A DNA stretch of 64,000 bases, from contig CAWAUV010000002.1 of NCBI GenBank assembly GCA_963785305.1, positions 96,001-160,000 of the forward strand. The letters are read 5' to 3'. The translations under genes were made by a program, and so were the position numbers. The notes beneath the pieces were generated by a model. It saw only the letters and a list, made by a program, of their open reading frames with translations. It was not told the DNA's origin and did not search any database. Each line of letters opens with the position of its first letter. The first letter of the stretch is position 1. This stretch comes from an uncultured Planctomycetaceae bacterium. Lineage in GTDB: Bacteria; Planctomycetota; Planctomycetia; Pirellulales; PALSA-1355. Shown in pieces: positions 1-9,327 of this stretch.

Positions 1-406
1 AGGCAATGAGGCGATAAAACGACGACACTACGCGAAACGCCGATTCGTCACGGTCCATGCAGCGCGGCCATGCGTCGGAAAGCTTGGCCTCGAATCGAGA
101 CAGCCCCAGATCGCCGACGATTAAGCCGATTTTGCTCGAAATAGATTCAATGTGCGGCCGAGCGATGTCGCCCGTTCCCCGAAGAATTGGATCGACAGAC
201 GCTAGGATCGACTGCGAATGTCCCTCTTCGGGCCAGATATTCTCGAGCCGGTCTTCATCCACGAACATCGCCGTCAAATTCGCTTGCGGATCGAGGTCGA
301 CCGCGAGAACGCGTCTGCCAAGTTCGGAGTACATCCAGGCAAGGTGGAATACGAGCGACGTCTTGCCCACGCCTCCCCTGATATTAAACAATGCGATGCT
401 TTTCAT
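1..406 (-). CDS. ParA/Soj-family ATPase (runs off the left edge)
   Basis: Manual translation, absent from the ORF track: MKSIALFNIRGGVGKTSLVFHLAWMYSELGRRVLAVDLDPQANLT, giving a deviant Walker A and a DLDPQ motif. The start overlaps the upstream stop (ATGA). Confidence 0.9.
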   Translation of the reverse strand, partial: MKSIALFNIRGGVGKTSLVFHLAWMYSELGRRVLAVDLDPQANLTAMFVDEDRLENIWPEEGHSQSILASVDPILRGTGDIARPHIESISSKIGLIVGDLGLSRFEAKLSDAWPRCMDRDESAFRVVSSFYRLIA

Positions 407-1595
407 CGGGCTTTTTCCAGCGTGACGAGAACCGCGTCCGGTGTCGCATCGATTGCGAGTTCCGGATTGCCATTCTTATTTAATTCCTTGCGAGCGAGCG
501 AAAACCCGAGACCAAAGCGTTGCACATAGCCAAACGCTTTCATCGCGGCCGCGATTTGGGGATTGCGGTAGTTCCGTCACTCCGGGTTGTCCAATGTTCC
601 CGATATTCACGCGTCCGAAAGGGCCGCCGGGACTTTGGATTTCAAGACGATTCGCATACCAAGAAATGCGCGCCGGCGCATTGGACGTTTCATAGTTGCG
701 ATGGAGTATCGCGTTGCGCGTCAACTGCTGCAACGCCACGATCGGGTAATCGGTGCGCCGTAGTTCCCGCCGCTCCGCGTCGACGACCACCGCCGTCGCG
801 ATGTTGGCCTCGAGTACTTCGTCGAGTTGTCGGAGCATGTCGGGCAGCGATCCCGAAATCTCTTTTTCATCGCGAATCGGGTCCGTAATCTCGTTACCAT
901 CAAAACGAGCAAACTGGACATAAGCGCCAGCGATCCAATAGCGAGGATCAATTCCGAGCACAAGAATTCCAGCTACATTTGGCCGACCACCGACGTCGAC
1001 GAAGTGCAACGATGAAAGCTGCTGGATCGCGGTCCGATTATTTTCCGCCAGCGTTTCCGGATCAACAGCCGCGGGTAAATAAACCCTTTCGAATAACGCG
1101 AGGTCGAGATCATTCAATGACGCGCCGACGACGGGCTGTTGGTCGAACGCGAGATTACCCGACCGCCGCTTTTCAATCAGCCGACGCTCCTCGTCACTCG
1201 TCGCAACCGCACGGCGCGGGCCGATGCGAATCCAGACGCGTCCGCGGCGCCTCACGGGCGGACTTGGCGACGGCTCCACGACGACGACGGCGACGTCCAT
1301 TCCCCAAAATCGTGCGCTTCCGCACCGCCATCTGCGGAAACGGCATAATATTGCCATCGTCGCGCAGGCCGGAAAGTTGCAGCAACAGATCGTCCGTGTT
1401 CGAGAGGCCCGCGCTCGACCCATCGTCGTGGACGCCAATAAACAGCACTCCCGGCAAATTGTGGGCGGCAAGGTCATTTGCAAAAGCGCAAATCGCCTCG
1501 CGAATCCGATCGCGGTCGACGGCTGACGACTTCCGCTCCACCCGATCGCTTTCGATCTCGCCGAACAACGATTCCAAATCCTTGTCGGATATCAT
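403..1595 (-). CDS. Schlafen/AlbA_2 domain + HATPase_c_4 (RecG C-terminal-like) protein, split by indels
   Basis: ESDRVERK...IREAICAFAND...GVLFIGVHDDG (ORF 1194..1655) continues into YPIVALQQLTRNAILHRNY...RLEIQSPGG (ORF 476..1483), then RNPQIAAAMKAFGYVQRFGLG in a third frame, ending at TGA 403. Confidence 0.85.
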
Positions 1596-1658
1596 TTTAA
1601 GTTTTGTTCCCGCTAGCCGTGGGCAACATGGCGGTTCATCACGCGCGACCGGCAAGCT

Positions 1659-2978
1659 CTAGATTCCGAACTGTTTGAGCACCAGGGCGTGGACATCGAC
1701 ATCGGCCATCGCTTGGCCCACTAGCGCGCCTCGCTCGCTGGCGATTAAAATCCCGCGCTGGTTTTCCTCGATTGCCGGGGCGCCATGCGAACCGCGCACC
1801 AAGCTCGCGTCGAGCGGAATGCCTCGCGTCGCCGGGTCGAAGTGCAGTTCCACCGGATCGTAGCCCGGCTTGCGATGGATGTCCACCGTGCGCGCAAAGC
1901 GCGGCGCGCGGGCATCGTCGAGCCAATAGTAGTAGGCTTGCCAACTATCGGCGGTCGAAACAACGACCACATCCCCGGCCCGGGCATGATCGAGGTCGTA
2001 TTTCGCCCGCTCGGGCCCGATGAGCGCCTCGGCCACGCCCTCTTGGCCGCGCAGGCAGGCGGCGGCTCGCTCGGCCGCCCGCGAGTCGGCGGCGAAGACA
2101 TGCGAGAACTGGTGGTCGACCAGGGCCCAAGCCGCGCTCGCCGCAAAATCGATCACTTCGCCGCCCTCATCTTCGCGCACCTCCAAGAGCCCGGCCTCGC
2201 GAAGCACGCGATTCGGATAGAGCACATGTCGCACCGGCGTAATCACATATTCGCTCGCCACGAGCCAGAGCGGCTTGGCCGGCGCGAGCGACTTCTCCAC
2301 CGACGCAATCAGCGTTCCCAGCACCTGATCGAGATCGACGAGCGCCTGCTGGGCCGCGGGACTATCGGGTCCGGTTTTTTGCGCGGCGTAGTCCAAGTGC
2401 GGCAGGTAAATATACGAGAAATTGGGGCGATGTTTCTCGATCGCCGCGGCCGCCGACCGGCAAATCCAATCGGTCGATTTGATATTGGCCATCGGCCCCC
2501 AAAAGTGCATCAGCGGAAAATGACCCAGGGCGTCGCGCAGCTCGCCATACATTTCGGTCGGCTTCGTGTAACACCAGAGCGATTCGGAACCATCGGGATT
2601 GTGGATCGGCGCCGGCGTGCAGATCAGATCGGCCCCAGCCCCCTTGGCCAACAGCGGAAACCACACGGCGCTCGTGGCGCCCGAGCCATGCTGGGCCAGC
2701 GAATCCCAGATTTGCGGGGCTTCGATCACTTGGTTCCAAGCGGTCCACATTTCGACTTGCCGCTTCTCGCGCCAATAGAAACCATTGGCCACCACGCCAT
2801 GTTCGCGCGGCGTGCGACCCGTGGTCATGTTCACCTGCACCGGGCAAGTCACGCAAGGAAAGCTCGGCACGAGCGAAATATCGTCGCCGCCCTCGGCCAG
2901 CCGCCGCAAATGGGGCATCGACTTCACATCCTCGCGACGCAGCGCGGGAACCGAGAGCAAAATCACATGATCGGGCAT
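1659..2978 (-). CDS. Alkaline phosphatase superfamily nucleotide pyrophosphatase/phosphodiesterase (EboF-like)
   Basis: PSFPCVTCPVQ..TTG..PREHGVVANG, YLPHLDY, SEY, LVDHQFSH, DIHRKPGYDPVEL and LVRGSHG motifs. Confidence 0.85.
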   Translation of the reverse strand: MPDHVILLSVPALRREDVKSMPHLRRLAEGGDDISLVPSFPCVTCPVQVNMTTGRTPREHGVVANGFYWREKRQVEMWTAWNQVIEAPQIWDSLAQHGSGATSAVWFPLLAKGAGADLICTPAPIHNPDGSESLWCYTKPTEMYGELRDALGHFPLMHFWGPMANIKSTDWICRSAAAAIEKHRPNFSYIYLPHLDYAAQKTGPDSPAAQQALVDLDQVLGTLIASVEKSLAPAKPLWLVASEYVITPVRHVLYPNRVLREAGLLEVREDEGGEVIDFAASAAWALVDHQFSHVFAADSRAAERAAACLRGQEGVAEALIGPERAKYDLDHARAGDVVVVSTADSWQAYYYWLDDARAPRFARTVDIHRKPGYDPVELHFDPATRGIPLDASLVRGSHGAPAIEENQRGILIASERGALVGQAMADVDVHALVLKQFGI

Positions 2979-3087
2979 CGCGGGAACAGACCTTTCCAGA
3001 AAAAACGGGTTCAACCTCCGGGCATCGAGCGGCAACCGCGCCACGAGCTCGCCAGCGCGGAACGCGCGGTCGGACCCGACAAAATGT

Positions 3088-3721
3088 TCATTTGCGCGAT
3101 TTCACCAACCGCGGCTCTTGCTCCTCGACAAAGAACTCGAAGGCGTTGGTTTGGTCGGGCTTTTCGCGGACTTGAAATCGTGTGCGCAAGATATCTCGCT
3201 GCTCGCGATCGGCAAAGGCCCGTTCGAGCGACATAAGTTCCCGCGTCACCCGGTCGGGAAAATAATGGGCGATTGTTTTATCTTTGGTCGACACGCTGGC
3301 TTTGGCGAGTAGTTTGGCGTCGATGGCCACGAGCTCGCCGAATTTCCAAGTGACATGAGCGCGGTGTTCGTCGGCCAAGCGGCCTAGGCGCGGCGCCGGC
3401 TTGGGCTTCGCGAGTTGGGAAACATATTGAATCTCGCCGTTTTTCGCGACGGCCCCGAGTTCAATGCCGAAATAATCGAGTTCGCGCGCGTAGTCGATCG
3501 GCCGCAAATGATCGCGGAATTTGATTTCCCATTCCGGAAATTCATCGCCCTCGTGCTCGCCGTGGTCGACCGAGGGACTTGTTTTGTCTTCGGCCCCGGG
3601 TTCGGCGGGACTTGCGGCCACGACCCGCGATATGCGAAAGATCGGACATATTTCGCCGAAAAGCCCGAAGCGCCGCGCTGCCGGCGCACGCCAGGCACAC
3701 CCATAGCCGATGCCATCTCAT
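3088..3721 (-). CDS. Hypothetical protein, probably secreted
   Basis: ORF 3088..3621 (WEIKF..DYARELDYFGIELGAV) plus a signal-peptide-like N-terminus (MRWHRLWVCLACAG) in an adjacent frame. Confidence 0.55.
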
Positions 3722-3883
3722 GATCGCCGGTTCTCCAAAACGAACCCAACCGCGTCGACTTCCAGTGGAAGCCTGGATCGCGAGCGTTGGGAATTCGTCG
3801 CCCGAAACCCGAAGGACTCGCTACTTGCAATGTACCGTGGCGAGCCGGCAGCCGCACGTTGAAAAATCGCCGACCGCAAAGCG

Positions 3884-4757
3884 TTACCGGCCTCGGACGC
3901 CGCCGCTCGGAAGACTTTGGCAAAGCGGCGCCAAGAATTCGAACGCCCGCTCGGCGGCTCGCGGTCCGTCGTGGCTGTGGCGACTGAGCTCGACATGCAC
4001 CCCGCCCGCGTAGTCCAACTCGGTCAGGGCGGCGATCACCGGGCGGAAGTCGATCTCGCCCTCGCCAAACATCAAATGCTCATGCACCCCGGCTCGCATG
4101 TCCTCGATGTGGACATTTACAAGCGCCGTGGCATGCCGGCGAATTTGCTCCTCGAGTGGTGTTTCGCCCTGGCAATGCAAGTGTCCGATATCCAGCGTGA
4201 GCCGCAATCGCTCATGGGGGATCGCCGCGGCAAGGGCCCGCCACTTTTCCTGGCTGTCGATGAGCATGCCCGGCTCGGGTTCGAATCCAATCGTCGTTTG
4301 CTCGGCATCGGCGAATTCGAGCAACGTTTCCAGTCCCTCGCGGAGCCGATCGAAAGTGGCGGCATATGCCCCGGGCGCCGCCAAATCCACCCCATGGGCC
4401 ACGCCCGACCAGATCGACACGCAATCGCTGCCGAGTGTGCGCGGCGCGCAGGGCGCGGCGATAGAAATCGAGCCGCCGCTCGCGAGCCGCGGGGTCGGGA
4501 GCGAGGAGCGTCGGTTCGTGTTTTTCGCGAGAGTCGAGCAAATACCGCGCGCCGGTTTCGATCACGCTGCGCATTCCGCGCCGCTCGAGCAGCCGGGCGA
4601 CCGTTCGCACCTCGGACTCGAAGCCCGAGGCAAAGGGATCGAGCCGACCATGATCGAGCGAGATTGCCACGCTCCGGTAGCCGATATCGGCCAAGAGCGC
4701 GATCGCCTCGAGCGGATCGTGGTGCGCGAGCCCATTGGTGTTGTAGCCGAGCAACAT
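3884..4757 (-). CDS. Sugar phosphate isomerase/epimerase (xylose-isomerase-like TIM barrel), one indel
   Basis: LGYNTNGLAHHD...IETGARYLLD (4212..4772) joined to FEPEPGM...LDIGHLHC...HIEDM...VELSRH (3884..4420). Confidence 0.85.
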
Positions 4758-4809
4758 GGAGTTGGAGGACAAAGGCTTGCAATCCGAGCGCGCGCGGCGG
4801 TCGGCGCCG

Positions 4810-5775
4810 CTAGGTGCTGTAGATGAAACGACCGAGAAACATCGTGGGAAGCAACAGCGCGATGATCAGGCCGACATGGAGCGTGTCTTGCGCGGCGAAG
4901 CATGCGCCGGCGTCGATGATGATCAGCGAAAAGATACAATTCCGCACCGCCGATTGCACCACCGCCGGCAGCGGCGACCACACCGCCAGCCCGCAGCGCC
5001 AAGCGAGCATCGCGCCGATGAGCGCCCAAAAGTAAGGCCACCTTTCGGGAGTGCGAATCGGCAGCGCTCCCGGCGGGACCGTGCTCCAATGGGGCATGCA
5101 GGCCAAGAGGGCCATGCCCAGCAGCATCACGCCGGTCGCCGCCGCGAGCGTGAACCGGCTGCTTTCGGCCGCTTCGGTGCGAGCAAAGAGCGTGACGCCC
5201 GCGATGTAAACGCCCACGCCCGCGGCCACCACATAGTTCACCTCTTGCCAAGGTCCCTCCATGGCGCTCATGCCCAAGAGCACATTCATCAGCCGGCAGC
5301 CGCCCATGCCCAAGGGCGCGAGCATCGTGTTCTTCAACACGGCGTCGTAGAGCAGCACCAGGGCCGCGAGCGCCAGCGCGATCAGCGCGGGCCGCGGTTG
5401 GCCGGCAAACGCCGCCGCCCCGCCGGCCAGCGCCACGCCAGCGCCCAACATTCCATAGCCCAATCTCGCCGCGCCGCCCGCCGATACACGGCCCGACGGA
5501 ATCGGGCGGCTCGGCCGCTCATGGGCATCGAGCGCGCGGTCGAAATAGTCATTGAGCGCCATGCCGGCCGAATAGATCAGCGCCGAAGCCGCGACCAGGA
5601 GCGACACGATTTGCCACGTCGAAAGGTCTTCGTGCGTGAGCAAATAACCAAGCAAGATATCGGCCACCGCGGTAAACACGTTCGGAATGCGCAGCAACTC
5701 GGCCAGCGCGCGCAAGCGAACTCCGGCCCCCAGCGAGGCGGGCGAGGCAAACTCAGGCTTCACGGGAGAATCCAT
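4810..5775 (-). CDS. UbiA-family prenyltransferase (EboC-like)
   Basis: LRIPNVFTAVAD, NDYFDRALDAHERPSRPIPSGRV, LLYD and MGGCR motifs; multiple hydrophobic helices. Confidence 0.9.
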   Translation of the reverse strand: MDSPVKPEFASPASLGAGVRLRALAELLRIPNVFTAVADILLGYLLTHEDLSTWQIVSLLVAASALIYSAGMALNDYFDRALDAHERPSRPIPSGRVSAGGAARLGYGMLGAGVALAGGAAAFAGQPRPALIALALAALVLLYDAVLKNTMLAPLGMGGCRLMNVLLGMSAMEGPWQEVNYVVAAGVGVYIAGVTLFARTEAAESSRFTLAAATGVMLLGMALLACMPHWSTVPPGALPIRTPERWPYFWALIGAMLAWRCGLAVWSPLPAVVQSAVRNCIFSLIIIDAGACFAAQDTLHVGLIIALLLPTMFLGRFIYST

Positions 5776-5848
5776 CGGGAGTGCTTGCTTGATCGAATAA
5801 AAATATCACGGCGAGACCTCGCGAGAACTCGTCGACAGCTCGTCACGC

Positions 5849-6706
5849 TCACGATGCGACGAAGAGCGAGCCGCCGATCCGAGTAAGGAACGCGTGCGCC
5901 TCGCGGGCCGCGGTGTCGGGCTCATCGATATACGGGTACAGCTCGACCGTGATCCAGCCATCGTAGCCCGTGGCGTCGATCGCCGAGAGCGTGGCGGCGA
6001 AGTCGATCGCGCCTTGGCCGGGAATCAGGTGCTTGTGAACCCGGGTGGCGGCGATGTCCTCGAAATGATAATGCCGAGTGTGCGGCGCCATGCGCGCCAC
6101 CCAGTCTTGCGGGTCCTCGCCCACGCAGTAGGCATGGCCGACATCGAAGTTCAGCCCCACGGCGTCGGAGTCGATGCGGTCCATGAATTCGAGATACTGG
6201 CCAAAGCGCTCGATCAGCAAGTCCGGCTCCGGCTCGATCAAGAGCCCCACGCCCAGCTTCTCGGCCACTTCGACACAGGGCATCAATTCGTCGTAAAAAA
6301 TCTTCGCGCCTTGTTGCCAGGTTTGATCGGGAGTGAGTTGGCCGCCGGGTTCGGTGGTGATGTGCGGAGCGCCGAGCTCATGGGCCAATTGCAAGGCCCG
6401 CTTCGTGTGCTCGCGGCGAATGGCGCGGTAGTGCGGATCGGGATCGGTCCAGCCCGGATGCCAATAGGGCTGGCGCGGATCGGCCACGGCGTTCATCATA
6501 AACGCGTTGACATTCGAGATCGTGAGCCGATGCTTTTCGAGCGCCGCGCGAATCGAATCCTTGCGCTCGGGCAACAGGCCGGCGGGCCAAGCGTGGGGCA
6601 CATCAGCCAGAATTTCGATGCCGGTGTAACCCAGGCTGGCGATTTTCTCGATCGTGCGCTCGATCGAGAAATGCAAATAGGCATTGGAACTAAAGGCAAG
6701 CTTCAT
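5849..6706 (-). CDS. Sugar phosphate isomerase/epimerase (TIM barrel)
   Basis: IEPEPDLL, NFDVGH, HFED, PGQGAIDF and GYDGWITVELY metal-binding motifs. Confidence 0.88.
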   Translation of the reverse strand: MKLAFSSNAYLHFSIERTIEKIASLGYTGIEILADVPHAWPAGLLPERKDSIRAALEKHRLTISNVNAFMMNAVADPRQPYWHPGWTDPDPHYRAIRREHTKRALQLAHELGAPHITTEPGGQLTPDQTWQQGAKIFYDELMPCVEVAEKLGVGLLIEPEPDLLIERFGQYLEFMDRIDSDAVGLNFDVGHAYCVGEDPQDWVARMAPHTRHYHFEDIAATRVHKHLIPGQGAIDFAATLSAIDATGYDGWITVELYPYIDEPDTAAREAHAFLTRIGGSLFVAS

Positions 6707-7000
6707 GGAGTCGGGCTTTCGGTTCGATTGCGGGGAGTAAGCTGTCCGGGACGCGCGGCGGAGGACCAATATGCGTCACGCGGTGGGCCGCTGCTTTGCA
6801 AGACGACTGCATTTTCTCGTGGGCGAAGCCTCCTATTCTGCCCTGAGCGTCGTCCAACGGGAAGTGGTCGGAAGCGGCGGAAGCGGAATCTTGCGATCGG
6901 CCAACCGGACCGTCGCGCCAATCGATCGGGAATTGCGATCTGAAAAAAGGTTGCACCGGCGGCGGCGGCGTTGTTCAATCGACACGTTCGGTTGCAACAC

Positions 7001-7026
7001 TCCCTCGCGGGCGCTTCAGGCTTGTG
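7001..7026 (-). repeat. REP-like element, family A (ACAAGCCTGAAGCGCnnGCGAnG)
   Basis: Same motif as the inverted pair at 32377-32460; a related copy lies at 60751-60773. Confidence 0.65.
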
Positions 7027-7081
7027 ATCGCCGCTCGGCGCCAAGTCAAACTCACCCGCCTCGATCCAACGAGAAAAAGCC

Positions 7082-9127
7082 ATGTCTGTTCGTCGTCTCG
7101 CGGCGCTGATTGTCGCCGGCTTGCTGTTCGCTCCCGCGTCGCTCGCCGATGGCCCCAAGGACAATTTGCCCGATCAGGTGCGGCCGATTCCGCCGGTGGG
7201 CGTCGAGCTGTCGGCCGCCGAGCGTGAAGAGCTCGACAAGGGCCTGGGCGAACTGAATCAAGCGATCGGCAAGCTTCGCGAGCGCACCGCCAAGGCCAAA
7301 GACAAGGATAAGGACAAGCAGATCGCGGAGCTGCTCCCCGATGTCGAAATCTTTCATCGCGCCGTGCGGCAAGCGGTCGATTATCGCGAGTTCTTCGACA
7401 AAAAAGACATTCCCAAAGGCAAGGAACTCCTCGCCACCGGGCTCCAGCGGGCCCACGATCTACTCGAGGGCGATGCGCCCTGGACGCGCCAAACCGGGCT
7501 CGTCGCGCGCGGGTTCGTCTCGCGACTCGATGGCACGGTGCAGCCCTACGGCCTTGTGATTCCGCCCGACTACAGCTTCGATGGCGGCGACCGCTATCGG
7601 CTCGATGTGTGGCTGCATGGCCGCGGCGAGACGGTGTGCGAAGTGAATTTCCTCGACCAGCGGCAAAAACAGGTCGGCAATATCCAGCCGCCGAGCACGA
7701 TCGTGCTCCATCCGTTCGGCCGCTACTCGAATGCCTTCAAGTTGGCCGGCGAGATCGATGTGTTCGAGGCGCTCGAGGCCGCCCAGAAGCACTATCGAGT
7801 CGATGATCGCAGGATCGTGATGCGCGGCTTTTCGATGGGCGGCGCCGGGGTCTGGCATTTGGCGGTGCATTATCCCGATCGCTGGGTCGCCGCCACGCCC
7901 GGCGCCGGCTTCAGCGAGACCCCGCAATTTTTGCACTGGTTTCAAAACGAAAAGCTCGCCCCGGCGGCCCACGAGCAAACTCTGTGGAAGTGCTACAACT
8001 GCGACGAATGGGTCCGCAATCTGATGAACTGTCCCACGATCGCCTATAGCGGCGAAATCGACACGCAGAAACAGGCCGCCGATGTGATGGCCGCCGCGGC
8101 ACGGCGGCAAGGCATGGAGTTGACGCACATCATCGGGCCGCAAACCAAGCACAAGATCCATCCCGACTCGCTCATCGAGATCGAGCGGCGGCTGGCCAGC
8201 ATCGTTCAGCGCGGCCGGGACGTCGCCCCGCGCGAGATCGACTTCACCACCTTCACGCTCCGCTACAACCGCATGGCTTGGCTTGAACTAGAAGCTCTGG
8301 GCGAACATTGGCGGGCGGCCCATGTGGTGGCCCATGTGACGGATGATTCCACGATCGAGCTCAGGACCGAAAACGTGCTCGCGGTGCGGCTCGCCTTTCC
8401 CTCGGGTTATTGCCCCTTGGCCGAGGGGCGCGAGGCGAAGGTTATCGTCGACGGGCAACCGCTCTCTTTCCCCGGCCCCGAGACCGATCGCTCGTGGACC
8501 GCGCGGCTTGCCCGCGTCGATTCCACCTGGAAAGTCGGCGCGGCGCCCGAAGGACACAAGCGACCGGGACTGCAGGGCCCGATCGACGACGCGCTGCTCG
8601 ATCCGTTCGTGTATGTCCGCCCCACCGGCAAGCCTCGCTCCGCGGCGGTCGACAAATGGGCCCACGCGGAAATGGACCACGCCGAGCGCGAGTGGCGGCG
8701 GCAGTTTCGCGGCGCCGCTCCGATCGTCGACGACACGAAGCTCGACGACGCCACGATCGCCGCGAAGAATCTGATTCTTTGGGGCGATCCGGGCAGCAAT
8801 GCGGTGCTCGCCAAGCTCGCCGACAAATTGCCGATCCCGTGGAACGAAAAGGAAATCCAGGTAGGTGATCGCAAGTTCGATTCCGAGCACCATGCCCTGA
8901 TGCTCGTGATGCCGAATCCGCTCAATCCGGAGCATTACGTCGTGATCAACAGCGGGCCGACCTTCCGGGAATACGACTATTTGAGCAATGCCCGCCAAGT
9001 GCCGAAGCTGCCCGACTGGGCGGTGATCGATGTGCGCAAGGCGCCCGACGCGCGTTGGCCGGGCGAGGTCGTGGCGGCGGACTTCTTCGACGAAGCTTGG
9101 CAGGTGAAGCCGGATGCGAAGAAGTAA
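7082..9127 (+). CDS. Secreted alpha/beta hydrolase (prolyl oligopeptidase-like)
   Basis: Signal peptide, VWLHGRG and nucleophile elbow GFSMGG; intact 681-aa ORF. Confidence 0.8.
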   Translation: MSVRRLAALIVAGLLFAPASLADGPKDNLPDQVRPIPPVGVELSAAEREELDKGLGELNQAIGKLRERTAKAKDKDKDKQIAELLPDVEIFHRAVRQAVDYREFFDKKDIPKGKELLATGLQRAHDLLEGDAPWTRQTGLVARGFVSRLDGTVQPYGLVIPPDYSFDGGDRYRLDVWLHGRGETVCEVNFLDQRQKQVGNIQPPSTIVLHPFGRYSNAFKLAGEIDVFEALEAAQKHYRVDDRRIVMRGFSMGGAGVWHLAVHYPDRWVAATPGAGFSETPQFLHWFQNEKLAPAAHEQTLWKCYNCDEWVRNLMNCPTIAYSGEIDTQKQAADVMAAAARRQGMELTHIIGPQTKHKIHPDSLIEIERRLASIVQRGRDVAPREIDFTTFTLRYNRMAWLELEALGEHWRAAHVVAHVTDDSTIELRTENVLAVRLAFPSGYCPLAEGREAKVIVDGQPLSFPGPETDRSWTARLARVDSTWKVGAAPEGHKRPGLQGPIDDALLDPFVYVRPTGKPRSAAVDKWAHAEMDHAEREWRRQFRGAAPIVDDTKLDDATIAAKNLILWGDPGSNAVLAKLADKLPIPWNEKEIQVGDRKFDSEHHALMLVMPNPLNPEHYVVINSGPTFREYDYLSNARQVPKLPDWAVIDVRKAPDARWPGEVVAADFFDEAWQVKPDAKK

Positions 9128-9163
9128 ATGGGCGCACTCGCGGAGCGGCGCTCGATCGCTCCA

Positions 9164-9327
9164 TCACTGCTGAAATGATGGATAATTCGGTTTGCGCGTG
9201 TGCCATGCCCACTGCCTTGAGTGGGCATGTTTTCAAGCGCCACGCGGAGTCCTCATGCCCGCGCGGGGCCGTGGGCATGGCACACGGAACGAATACAATC
9301 CGTCATTTCAACTGTGACAATGCTCTA
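9164..9327. repeat. Composite palindromic intergenic element (outer inverted repeat enclosing a REP pair)
   Basis: Outer TCACTGCTGAAATGATGGAT / ATCCGTCATTTCAACTGTGA; inner GTGTGCCATGCCCAC / GTGGGCATGGCACAC; lies between convergent genes. Confidence 0.7.
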
